Below, in pieces: positions 27,650-39,457 of a stretch of 64,000 bases of DNA (its first letter is position 1; each line of letters starts with the position of its first letter). Below the pieces are notes generated by a model. It ran no database searches. It worked only from the letters and a program-made list of their open reading frames with translations, and was not told the origin of the DNA. Source of the DNA: Octopus vulgaris (lineage: Eukaryota); assembly GCA_951406725.2 (NCBI GenBank), contig OX597817.1, positions 107,694,001-107,758,000 of the forward strand, written 5' to 3'. The position numbers were made by a program, and so were the translations under genes.

Positions 27650-30559
27650 TTAAATACTATTGATGGTCACACGACTAATTAATTTTGTGTGACACAAGTT
27701 TATGTACTTACTGTATGTATTTTTATACTATATACTATTAAAATCTTACTAGGTACAAACCAGGTTTTATTCTTTTTCAGTTTCATTGCATGAATGAACT
27801 GCAATATATTAATGGTACTTAATGGCTCCAGAGCGTTGAAAGACAATCTAGAATTTTATTGTTTCAGCCATAGTCATTGCTCTTTTATTAATATTGATTT
27901 CTAATTAGGTACATATTCAGTATTTGTAGGGGGAGAAAGAGAGTGTAGTCGATTGAATTGACTCTATAGTGTATTAATGGTACTTGATTTATTAACTGTA
28001 GAGAAATGAAAACTAGAGATGATCTCTGGCAAGATTTTAACTCATAACTTAAAGGAAGAAAGTAAATACTACAAGGTATTTATTTCAGTGCTCAACTGTT
28101 TCTGCCAGTGGGTTGTTCCTTTTCTTATCATATTGATTTCTAACATAGGCATATGGTGTCCCAATTGGGGAATGACTTTAGTTAATCAATTGACTGGATG
28201 TTTATTTCTCATTATATTGATAACTCTAATGAAAACTTTATCTGTTAACTATTCATATCAATTTGGATATACACAAGAAATTATTATCTTTGTAACTATT
28301 TGTGAAAGTGTTTTTTAATGTTTTTATTCTGTTGTTTATATGAAATTAGTTTGTATGTTAGTTATTTCTTTGAAGAGAAAAAGGTTATTTATTTATTTTT
28401 ACAATACATTTCATGATCTTTTGCTTTCTTTAAATCTGGCTTGTTTGGATGTGTCTGTAACTTGTGATATTAAATAGTTTAGTGAATGCAATTTCATATC
28501 AAATTACATCTATAATATGGTTGATTTTAAGGATTTATTAGAGTTGTTATATTTATTTTTTACATGGGTGATGTAAAGGATGGAAACATTTTTAATTTAT
28601 AAGGGAGAGGAAAATAAACTACAATGTTGATGCCATAAATTATGATGTTTTCTGAGAATATTATGTAGGTAAGTGCAGTGAAATGGCTTCTATCAGGAAA
28701 TAAAATCAAGCCAAAAAAGCTGGCAAGTGAGTCTATAAATGCTCACTCAACTAGAGATTGCAAGCACAGCGCCATCAGATCATCTTAAAACATTGGAAGG
28801 ATATACTTAACAATGTAGATGTGGTTATACTATTTATGGGAAAAATGGGATTGTCATGGCTAGAATTCCTTTGTTGTTAATTAATACTGGCCTTAGGCTA
28901 AACAATAATGCCTAAACCACAGATCTTCACTGGGAGCTTACTTCTACTCATCAAATGTCAGAAAATACCATTTTTGCAGATTTGATACCTTAGTTCTATC
29001 AGTTTAACAATATTTAGTTAACAAGCAGCTGCAATACTTCATCTTGATGAGATTTGGTGGATATTCTCTATTGAACAAACTAATTCATTAATATTGCCTC
29101 CACTAACTGCTGTTAGTAATAATATTTGTATTTTTTAATGTTTCTGAAATATTTTGGTTTGATATTATTAGCTACTGGAGTTTCTGTGTTAAATATTGGT
29201 GAATTAAACAGAGCTACAAATTCACTGAATTCATACTTGCCTTGAATTGTAAAATTATTGCAAAGGCAATCTTTTAATATTGTTGATTATAGTTATTGGA
29301 TATGGATACATTTTGAGCTTCAACTGTATAAATTTTAATTTATGAAACAGTATACAAGAAACCTTTTGTCTGTTTGAAAAGCAATCTCACTCAAAGTGTG
29401 CAATAATTGCTCATAATAAATTCATTAGGATCTACTATTTGAATGGCTCTTCATTTGTAGTTGTGTGGCAATTTTTTACTGGGTTTTGAAATATATTCCA
29501 GCAAGCAGCAGTTGAATAAATGAAAGCATAAAACAAAATAAGGGAAATCTCTCTTGTATAGTTTCCTATTTAGTGTATGAACAATTACCAGAGTTCAGCA
29601 ATGGTAATCTAATTTATGGAAAATTAGTTATTCTAATTAATTGATTGCATTATTCATTGATTATTTGTCAAATCATATTGCTATAATTATTACTTATAAA
29701 ACATCAATTCTTCTAAAAGATGCCATTATCAATTTGTTATTGGTTTAAGTGACTTGGTGCATGTGGTAGAAGATTGATCTAGTTTCATTTAGTAATTTGA
29801 TATAGTGGTTTCTTCATGCTGGAGTTAGATTCTGTTAAATTTTACATTATCATTGGTTTCCCTGTTTATTGGTCTGTGGTCAGTAAAATAATTGCCAATA
29901 TGATACCAAGGCTGAGCTTACTGAGTAGAGGAAAAAGTAAAACATTTTGCTAATCTAATTACTTCTAATTCATAATTGCAATAATTGATAATTATATGAA
30001 AGAATTTAGAAAATCTTTGTTCTTAGTACCTATTAAACTTCAGCTGTTGAATAAAACCCTTCTCTTTAAATTCTTTAAATTTTCAAGATATTTATCTTTT
30101 TATTGTATTTTGAGCATTTTTTATATGAAGAACATTTTGAAATAATTGAGTTATATATAGTAACAGTTATGTTCAGATTGTGAAAGTAATTCTTTATTGG
30201 ATTAATAGAAATATTGCTCAGATTATTTTGTTTTTATATGCAATATTGGTTTCTAATTTTTCAAGGAAATTACCTCAAATTCCCTTGGTGAAAAAAAGTA
30301 CGTTATAATTGGAATCAATAATCCCAAAATGTCTCTAAAGAAATATGAAAATTCTGATAATGTTCCTAGATTATAAAAAAATTTTATACTAGAAATCTAG
30401 TGGATTCTGAAAATCATTGTACATTTCAATGATTTTCTGTTTGTTATTTGGCTCAAAGAAGAGAGCAGAGCACATGACTTTTCTAGGCGTTCTAATTCTG
30501 GTAAAGTTTGTATTCAAATTAATCTTCTGATATAATTGATAACTTTTAGGCAATTATGG

Positions 30560-31600
30560 ACAAGGAGGACATATTTAAAGGGTTGTATTTCTATGGAGGA
30601 AGGATTGGAGAAATATAAATAATAGTAGTAGTGGGATAGTTGCTGTGAACATGGTAAGGATGAGGATGATAGGCAGAGAGACTGGTACATCAAATGGATT
30701 TGGGCAGTGGGTAGCACAGAGCTTGCTAGTTCAAAGGAATAGAAATTTCTATAGTAACAGAAAAGACAGACAACAATACAATGAGAGTGCTAGTTGGTAA
30801 AGATCATTTCAGAAACATAGTCCAAAATAATTGTGTATAGGATCTTTTACTGTATTCTAATGTAGATTACACTTGAGCTTTATAAAGATTGTCCAAAATT
30901 GAAATATTTTCCCTGCTCAAAAAGGAATTCTAGCTTTCAGAATGCAAATTTAATCATTTTTGTTATTATTTTGATGAGAAGTCATAGAAAATAGTGAGGT
31001 TTATTTGAAAAAAGAAAACAATGCAAAGGTTTTTTTTTTTTTTTTACTGACTGTCAGTTATGAATATGGAGGTCGACTTATTCCCATTAGATGATGTTTC
31101 CTAGATCTCTGCAGATAAAGTGGTGTGTATTGAGTAGGAGATGTCTAAGTTGTGTGTGGAATGATTTTTTGCTTTGGTTAGAAGTAATCGTGGAAATGTA
31201 TTTTGTGTAGTGATGAACATGTTACATAAGCATACATTGGAATAAATGAAATATGGCTTGGCGAGAGGTTCAGAGACACACACAGTGATGGAGTAGTTTG
31301 ACAAGAGGATGGATAAGTGGAAGACATAACTGGTTAAGCATTAATAAATAGTGGTTAAGCATACAAAATAAGTGGGTAAGCATTCAAAAATAGTTCAAGG
31401 TTTTCTTGATGTTGAGCAACAATATCGTTTTCACCAAAGTTCTCCAGAACAAAAGAGTACTGCAATGTGATGTAGGAAAGCATGTCTTGCTGTAAGTTGG
31501 AGTTGAGACTTAGGGAGAAAGAAAGTTGAGGGTCTGTATACATCAGTTGTCTCTGATAAACTGGATATGTAAAATGTGTGTACATTTCATATTTCTGAAT
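30560..31600 (-). mobile_element. Decayed CR1-group LINE fragments
   Basis: ENFGENDIVAQHQENLE resembles DRFGESFVVALDISKAFD; SQQLSHYYYY resembles the ASLSLFYRYY C-terminal motif. Discontinuous. Confidence 0.35.
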
Positions 31601-32466
31601 ATATGTTGGAACAATGTCAATAATATAAATAATTTTATAGCATTCTTCTGGACAAAAATAAATCATCAATATTGCTATGTATCTGTTCATTCTTTAAAAA
31701 TCATTTGTAAAACAACTTCAGTTCTTTTATATCAGTTCTTTTGTTTTCTGTATTCTATTAATTAAGCTTAACAAATCTGACTATTTCATTGAGATTGTTA
31801 ATGTTATAATTGTTCATTTTGTAAAACTGAATTGTCAGGCTCCTATTTTGACATCTAGGCAGTTCCTACAAAAATAAAAAATTAAAAAGTAATTTGATAA
31901 GCAGAATAGATTATTAACCTTTTTCATTTGCAACTGCCTGTGACTGGTTCTGATATGATAAAGAAATCTCATATTTTAAAGTACTGAGATTAAATAGAAA
32001 CCTTCCATTATAATTTTTATGTAATAATCAGTTAGATATTTCAAGTACAAGCTTAATAATAGTCTTTGATATAAGTATAAGGATAGCCTACATTAAGGTC
32101 ATATATTATAGGGTCAAAAAATGACAGGCTATCTATAGCTGAAAGAACACACATCCATATTAAAGAAAAGAGCTGCACTGTGCTTCTAAATGCCAGATCA
32201 GATATTTTTACATGATTTATGCATCTTGACAAGTTTCTGTTATTGAACTATATGTCCTCTGACTCATTAGGGAGTATCACATAAGGGAGATTTTGCCAAA
32301 CAGGTGGATTGCACAAAGTGGTTCAGTAGAATACCCTTCGCATTCACTGGATCTCACACCGTCCAACCCATGCCAGCATGGAAAGCAGACATTAAATGAC
32401 AATGAATGATGATATATATATAATCAAAATAAGCAACAAGGATATCCAGAGGTAATGCAGTACGAA

Positions 32467-33056
32467 TGCTATTTTTCACATGCCACCGGCACCTGTGCTG
32501 GTAAGGTGACACCGGCAATGATCATGCTCGAATGGTGCTTTTTATGTGCCATCAGCACCAGAGCCAATCCATGGCCCTAGCAACGATGATGCTCGGATGT
32601 GCTTTTAACGTTCCACTGGCTTGTGTGCCAATCAGGCAGTACTGTCATCAGTCACATCAGTGATTTTGATTTGATTTCACTTGCCTCAGTAGGTCTTCGC
32701 AAGCAAAGTCTATTGTCCAATAAATGTGGGGTACTCGTAAATGGGCTGGTTACACCCCACGTTCGGATGTGCTTTTATTGGTCCACTGGCATGATTGCCA
32801 ATTAGGTACTGTCATCGGCCACATTTGCAATTTTGATTTCACTTGCCTCAATAGGTCTTTGCAAGCAAAGTTTATTGTCCAATGAATGAGGGGTATTCAT
32901 AAGTGGGTTGGTTACACCCACTGGCATAGGCCACGGGCTATGGTCTCACTTAGCTTGTCGAGTCTCCTCGCACTTCATATCTCCAAAGGTCTTGGTCACT
33001 AGTCATTGCCTCGGTAAGGCTGAATGTTTGAAGGTTGTGCTTCACCACCTCATCCC
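32467..33056 (-). mobile_element. RTE LINE 3' fragment (ORF end + repeat-containing UTR); a short + strand tail fragment lies at 32343-32412
   Basis: Reverse complement matches 57735-58100 (gtgcttcaccacctcatccc; tttatgtgcca repeats). Confidence 0.85.
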
Positions 33057-33718
33057 TCTTCCCATCTAAAAATATTGGATAGGGCTATGCTTCTGTACAT
33101 CTGAAAGCATTTGGGCCAATCTTGGATTTTTCCAGCATGTCAATGGCCTGAAACACACCTTGCACCTAGTCAGAGATTACAAGAGAGTTCAGTTGATGCA
33201 GTGGTTGGTGCAGTCACCTGATATAAATCCCATCGAAAATCTTTTGTAAAGGTTCAGTAGAGCTGTGCAAAGTAGTAAGCCAAAAAATAAGGATGATCTT
33301 TTAAGCATTATTAGCCAAAATTGGGAAAATATCTCAGTTACAGTGAGAAATGATCTGAACAATTCTGTTTTGCAGATGCAAAGCTGCATTAAGTAATTTT
33401 GGATACCCAACCAAATATTGATTGTGTGAGCTTATTATTGTTGTTTGTTGATCTCAGAATAAACTTTTTAAAGCCAATAAATGAAATTTTACAAATCGTT
33501 TTTAAATTAAATGGTGCTATAAATTACGATAATTAAGATTTATTTTTAATTTAAAATTAATATGTTGATGTTACGCTGTAAAGTTTTATACCATATTAAG
33601 GCTCGTGAAATTTTCTTTATTTTGATATACATCTTAATTCACAATTTACTATTTGAATATATAAAAATACCATTTTAACATTAGCATACTAGTGTTCTTA
33701 AATTAAATGGCACTACTG
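33057..33718 (+). mobile_element. Tc1-type transposase remnant with right end
   Basis: Reads WIFQHVNGLKHT and VQLMQWLVQSPDINPIENL (canonical FQHDNDPKHT, WPAQSPDLNPIENLW); ends cactactg followed by TA. Confidence 0.75.
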
Positions 33719-34009
33719 TATATATATATATATACATATATGATGGCCGTCCACTCGTGACCGAGAAAGACCATTGCTGACCTTTAGGAACATTGTGCGC
33801 TCTAGGACTAACTTAAATTTTGCATTTGTGGTTCTGTTGGTGGCTAATGAGCCCTTATCTTGACAAACATGCACAACTGCAAACATTGCAAACCAAGCTT
33901 TCCCTATTACAAGCATGCACACACGCGCACTCTCTCTCTCTCTCTCTCTCTCTCACAAATGATTTTCACTTTTTAAATATTTTAGATGTTTTGTTATTTC
34001 AATGCAAAG

Positions 34010-34616
34010 GCACAGGTTTATCTATGTGGAAAAGATTTTGCTTCCCGACCACATGCTTTTGAGTTCAGTCCCACTGCATGGTATCTTGGGCAAGTGTCTT
34101 CTACTATAAGCTCCAAACCAGCCAAAGCCTTGTTAGTGGATTTGATAGATGAAAACTGAAAGAAGCCCTGTTGTATGTGTGTGCATTGGCGATTTTTTTT
34201 TCCTTTGTCTTCCCTTCTCCTGTGTTTCCAACGAAGAGCTCCGCTCGAAACGTTAAACCCTCCTTCTTTCCTGAGCGTCCAATAATACTATATTTGTTCC
34301 ACGCCCTCGCGTTGTTGTGTTTTTTTGTGCTTTCTTGTTTGGATTAACTATATATATATATATATGTGTGTATGTAGGGAGTGTTTGCGTGTGCATGTTA
34401 TCATGTCCTTGCCTTGATATCAAGTGTTAGTTGAAATGAATGTAATCATGCAAATGATATCCTCAGTTTATCTTCCATTTCTGGTCACTAGGAATTATTA
34501 TCTTACTTGAGGGTTGGCAACTGGAAGAGCATACGGCTGTAGAAAATCTGCCTCAACAAATTTCATCTGATCCATGCAAGTATGGAAAAGTGGACATTAA
34601 CTCAATGATGATGACA
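34010..34616 (+). mobile_element. SINE (family A head + RTE-like tail) interrupted by a hammerhead-bearing fragment at ~34186-34350
   Basis: Head gagttcagtcccactg..cttgggcaagtgtcttctacta; tail ggctgtagaaaa..ccatgcaagtatggaaaagtggacattaa..tgatgatga. Confidence 0.8.
34222..34260 (+). ncRNA. Degenerate minimal (Penelope-type) hammerhead motif
   Basis: gtgttt-CCAACGA-a-GAGCtccGCTC-GAAA-cgtt-aaac; palindromic AACGTT in place of helix III; core mutated from CUGAYGA. Confidence 0.55.
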
Positions 34617-34662
34617 ATAATATTTTCATTCTGAATTTACTTTCAATAGTGTGTCACCTATA

Positions 34663-34878
34663 AAGGTGGTGAACTGGCAGAATTGTTAGCACTCAGGGCA
34701 AAATGCTTAATGGCTTTTCATCTATTTTTACATTCTGAGATCAAATTCCACTGAGGTCAACTTTGCCTTTCTTCCTTTCAGAGTTGATAAAATAAGTATC
34801 AGTTGAGCATTGGGTCAGTCTAATTGGCCTGACCTTTCCCTGAAATTGCTGGCCTTGTACCAAAACTTGGAAACAATA
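34663..34878 (+). mobile_element. SINE family B, full length
   Basis: Colinear with 3125-3340. Confidence 0.8.
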
Positions 34879-35359
34879 TTGTGTCTTGTATAGAAAAACA
34901 CGATTGCTTTGCCAGTTTAATAATGCTCATCTGTTCCAAACTTATACAATCATGTGCAATTTTTTTTTTTTGTTCCAACTGAAAGTAAACCCGTATGTAA
35001 ATATGTAAACTCCTCTGCATACAGAGAATTCTCCATCCCACCTCCAGCATATTCTAATCAGTAGTAGCTTGTACATATCATATTATACATGTTGCCTTTT
35101 TTGTTAAACAGTTCTAAAACACTTAATGTATTGTAACTAATCAATGACCACACTGTAAACACTCCAAATACTTTTAACTTGTTGTGATACCTTTGTTAAT
35201 AAAACATGCTGTTGTAATGTTTAACTATTGCTTTTGCATTTGTTGTCTGGCTAAACTCTCATTTTCAACTACATTGATGTCAGCAAATGTTTCTTGTATT
35301 TTTGGAATTTTAACATCAAATTACTCACTTACTCATAATGAAAAATTAGTTTGGTGCAG

Positions 35360-35760
35360 TCATCATCATCATTGTTTAATGTCTACCTTCCATACTGGCA
35401 TGGGTTGGATGGCTTGACAGGAGCTGGCCAGGCAGGAGTCTTCACCATGCTTCTGCATCTGTTTTGGCATGGTTTTTACAGCTGGATGCTCTTCCTAGCA
35501 CCAACCACTCTGTGGAGTGGGCTAAGTGCTTTTTATGTGACACTTGCACAGGTAAGGTCAGTTTAGGCATGGTTTTTACAGTTGGATGCCCTTCCAAATA
35601 TCAATCACTTTACAGTGTAGATTGGGTGCTTTTTAAGTGGAACCTACACTGGCAGAGTGACCAAGTATCTTTGCAAAACAAAGAATCTTTGAGAGGGGAG
35701 GAGGCATTAGAGGAGGTGATCTTGTGTCAAATGATGAAAGGTTAAAGTGTGACAGAGAAA
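35360..35760 (-). mobile_element. RTE-related 3' UTR fragment
   Basis: (ATC)n, ttccatactggcatgggttgga and duplicated ttttacagctggatgc blocks. Confidence 0.65.
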
Positions 35761-35876
35761 CAGAAACAGATGTCATGAGCTAGGGAGAGTAAGAGTAAGA
35801 GAGAGAAAGAAAGTGAGAGTTAACAAGAATGTGGGTAGAAGCAGGTGTGCTGCTGAGGAGGAGGGACATGGTTACT

Positions 35877-35877
<1 letters not shown>

Positions 35878-35936
<59 letters not shown>
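35878..35936. repeat. (GA)n microsatellite
   Basis: Directly visible. Confidence 0.95.
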
Positions 35937-35939
<3 letters not shown>

Positions 35940-36892
35940 AACAAGAAAGAAGTGTGCTGCTGTAAAGGAGATACACAGTTAGCTAGCAAGAGAAGGAGGG
36001 AGAGTGATCAAAAATGAGGGCAGAAACAGGTTTGTTACTGTAGTGAAGATACATTATTACTCAGCCAGTATTTTGCTAAAAAAAAAAAAATGGATGGATA
36101 TTAAACACATATATCAAGATTCACAAGTCAATGAGGGAGCTTTTATGTGGCCATTTGACCTGCTTGAAATAATAGTTATTGATCCTGAAGAAAGAAAAGC
36201 AAAGTTGGTCTCAGCAATATTTGAACTCAAAGCACAGAGAAAACTGGAACAAATATTGGAAGGTATTCTAACTGCCGCTCTAACAACTCTACCAAAATAC
36301 CACCCTTGTTTCTGAATACTAGTTGCAAGTGATTGTATCCTACATTAAACTCATCATCTATTAAGCTATCAGAATTGATATCTTATTGAATAATAGTGGA
36401 GTCTTGTTATAACCATTATATTAAAGCTTTGCATAGTTATGATATTCTTAATTTAGCATAGCTTTTCGGTAGTCATGAACTCATTTCTCAATAGATACTG
36501 GATGATTGAATAAATTCCTTTAACGAGTAGCTATTATATGCTTATGAAAGCTTACAAATCACCCCACCATATCACATTTTGAACTTAATTCTTTCATGAG
36601 TCACTTGAGATCATAACTCTAGTGTTCAGCTCCAGATTCTCTGGTATTAAGTAGGTGAATAATAAATCTCTCTTTGAATACAGCTCTATTACAGATAATT
36701 TCCCTGAAGTTTGGAATCTGTTGTTCAGTTGAACAAACTGAGGCAGCTTTGTTCAGAGATATAATAAAATGTCTCTTGCTTGATACAAACCTATTTTTAT
36801 TTGCTCAGTCACTTCACATCTTCACGTATTTTTGTTATCTTTCTGAAGGAGTAGCTATGATAAAATTCTTAAATTATTCTGTTTCTTTTTAG

Positions 36893-36939
36893 GTGGATGT
36901 TATGGGTATTTGTGAACTGTTGTGAATTAATATTTCACC
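36893..36939 (+). other. 5' UTR part of the first coding exon of the SLC4 gene
   Basis: Acceptor ttctgtttctttttAG at 36891-36892; in-frame TAA at 36928-36930 upstream of CACC-ATG. Implies at least one upstream non-coding exon. Confidence 0.7.
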
Positions 36940-37039
36940 ATGTCGAAATCTGTGCAAAGTTCTCGAATGGAGACGGAGGCTGTCCGAGATCTTGGTACAT
37001 TTGTACACAGTCATACTACAAGTGACGCTGATATTCAAG
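36940..37039 (+). CDS. SLC4-family Na+-coupled bicarbonate transporter (NDCBE/NBC/Ndae1-like), first coding exon
   Basis: MSKSVQSSRMETEAVRDLGTFVHSHTTSDADIQ + G, then donor GTATGT at 37040 (phase 1). ETEAVRDLG resembles the DEEAVVDRG N-terminal motif of SLC4A7/8/10. Confidence 0.8.
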
Positions 37040-37184
37040 GTATGTCTAATGATTAAAATTAAATTCGTAATAGTCTTCATATTTCTTTTTTTCATTTCTT
37101 TCTATGAAGTGTAATGTGTTTTATGATTTGTATAGAGGATTAAGAGAAGTTTTAAAAAACTAACTGGCTGTGTATATATGGCAT

Positions 37185-37366
37185 GCAGCAAGCTGGCAGA
37201 ATTGTTTGAATGCTTATGTTCTGAGTTCAAATTCTGCCAAGGTCAACCTTGCCTTTCATCCTTTTGGGGGTCAATAAAATAAGTACCAGTTGAGCACTGG
37301 GGTCGATGTAATTGATTTATCTCTGTCCTTGAAGTTGCTGACCTTGTGCCAAAATTTGAAAACAAA
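37185..37366 (+). mobile_element. SINE family B
   Basis: agctggcagaattg..gttctgagttcaaattc..gcctttcatccttttgggggtcaataaaataagtaccag. Confidence 0.8.
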
Positions 37367-37792
37367 TTATCACCTCATTAATTCAGTTCCTCTTGGATTT
37401 AATTCTGTGGCTCACATTCAATTTTGTATGTGGGCATTACAGTTGATTCTATGCATCTCATTATTGGGAACAAGTAATACATCATTTGGGAAATGTTACC
37501 TTAAAAGACTGGTGCCATTAATGTTATGAAACTAGTGTTATGCAGTTGCCCATCAATGAAAGCCCATCAATGTCTTGGAAGCATTTATACTGTTTTTACT
37601 GATCTGTGATATGGGAATAACCAATCAAATTCTTGCAGGAAGCCTACAGCTCTTGCACTTTAGCTGTGCTAACCTTCAGACTATCTTTGGAATCATGTAG
37701 GACTTGGTCACATGAGACACAGAGAATAGTCAAGATATGCCATGTTCGTTTGTTCTCCAGCATGTTCTTGAAAGGTAGTTGTTGCCGTTTAA

Positions 37793-37950
37793 CCTTTTTG
37801 TTACCATATTTCTGTTGAGATGCTCTGTGTTTCTTTCAATTAATTTTAAATATAACTAAGAATTTAGTAAAATGACTTAGTTATCATTAAGCTTGTGTTA
37901 GGTACATAAATTGTGACAAAGGTTTGGTGGAAGATTTTTGTTCAGAACTT
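37793..37950 (+). mobile_element. 3'-truncated piggyBac-type MITE, family A
   Basis: TTAA-cctttttgttac; colinear with 27430-27587. Confidence 0.8.
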
Positions 37951-38603
37951 GAATCCAGCCACAATTGTCATACTTTGTATATATACATTGAAAATAGTGT
38001 CTTCCATTTTTTTTTTTTTAAATGGCAGTGAGATTTAAAGGATATATGGCTGCTATTTCTGTCAGCCCAAGCTGCCAGGTAGGGGCTTCCTTGTTGACTT
38101 CAAAATAAAAGCTGAGTTGTTGTTTAGTCCCAAACGTACCTCAATCAAGCTATATAGTTCCAGCTATGACCATCCTGTTTTATTTTCAGACTTCATATAT
38201 TTAGGACTATATTATTCAATAATAGTGGGTAGAGTGGTAAACAAAATATCTTTTTTGGTGTTTAATTATGTCTTTACATTTTGAGTTCAAATCCCATCAA
38301 GATTAGCTTTGCCTTTTGTTCTGCTGGGATTGATCTAATTCATTATATCCGTATGTCAAGGCCTGCTATCTACATGCAAAAGCCATATTATGGTTGTTTT
38401 GGGAGTGCATGCATGTTTGATGTTTCTTTAGTACTCTCTTGTTATTTATTAAGCTACTAGGGTTAATTCCTAGTCTGCAGCCTTCCATCTTACCAAAAAA
38501 GAAAAAAAATGTCTACTCCCTCCTAAATCTTCTGGATTTGATGTTCTTGTGCACATATAAGCAACCATTATTTGACTAATTTATATAATTCTTATCACTT
38601 TAG

Positions 38604-38720
38604 ATCACCGTTCTCAAGAAACTGTTTACATTGGTCTTCGTGTACCAAGGTCTCGACGGCATCGCAAGAGACATCATAGACATCACCGCAAGGATGAATC
38701 CAAGGAACCATTCAAAACAC
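38604..38720 (+). CDS. SLC4-family transporter, second coding exon (117 nt, phase 1-1)
   Basis: Branch-like gactaat, acceptor cactttAG at 38602-38603, donor GTGTGT at 38721. In frame with the previous exon: DHRSQETVYIGLRVPRSRRHRKRHHRHHRKDESKEPFKT, matching the HRtlyIGvhVP + His/Arg-rich signature of SLC4A4/7/8/10. Confidence 0.88.
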
Positions 38721-38940
38721 GTGTGTATAATATTCTAATACATTTCACTTGTATTCTACAACTTCTCCATTCAATACCTCTCTTTAAACCAATGGATTTC
38801 TTTTTTTACTTAAATAAATATACTTAGAACTACAAGTGTTGAGCTGACAATGGGCTGAATTCTTGGCATCCCAGTACTTTGTAGCATCTGAAAACATTTA
38901 AAAGTATTTTTGGATAATTTTTTTCCCTTTATACGATTTT

Positions 38941-39457
38941 AAACAAAGCTGTAAATTGTTTCTTGGCTTACTGGTTCTAAGCTGGATCAGAAATAGTTTT
39001 GTTGTGTCTGAAGGTGTGTTTTTGATGGATGATATTTATTTAGGGCTTATGTATAAATATATGCATATCATATTTAAAATAATACACACACACACACACA
39101 CACACACACTTCACTGTCACTAAAACTTGATGAAGGGTGCAGGAAGCACCAGCATTGCTAGATATAAGAGTCAGAAACTATTTTGCCACAAAAGCACATG
39201 TTCTATTTTTTGACGAGGTAAATTTCAGCTTCACCACCTGCAATGGAGTAAGTATTATTGATGATCATTAATTTCCATGCAAAATTGGCATGCCAATCTT
39301 ATGTACTCACTTGCAGTGGGGAGGTTATCTCCCTTGTCAGTAAATAAAAGGTGCTTTTGTGACTAAAGAGTCTTTGACTCTTATTTCTAGCAATGCTGGT
39401 GCTCCTTGCATCCTTTGTCACTTTTTAGTGACAGTGAGTTATTTCCTTTTTAGTTTT
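38941..39457 (+). repeat. Copy 1 of a ~500-bp dispersed direct duplication containing a hammerhead-bearing fold-back (39111-39437)
   Basis: Matches 45098-45598 except for 5 substitutions and (AC)13 vs (AC)5. Confidence 0.95.
39246..39308 (+). ncRNA. Degenerate type I hammerhead at the apex of the fold-back (second copy 45387-45449)
   Basis: gagta..-TTGATGA-tcat/atgc-AAAA-TTGGCatGCCAA-TC-..tactc. Helix III is perfect; both conserved boxes carry one transition. Confidence 0.6.
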
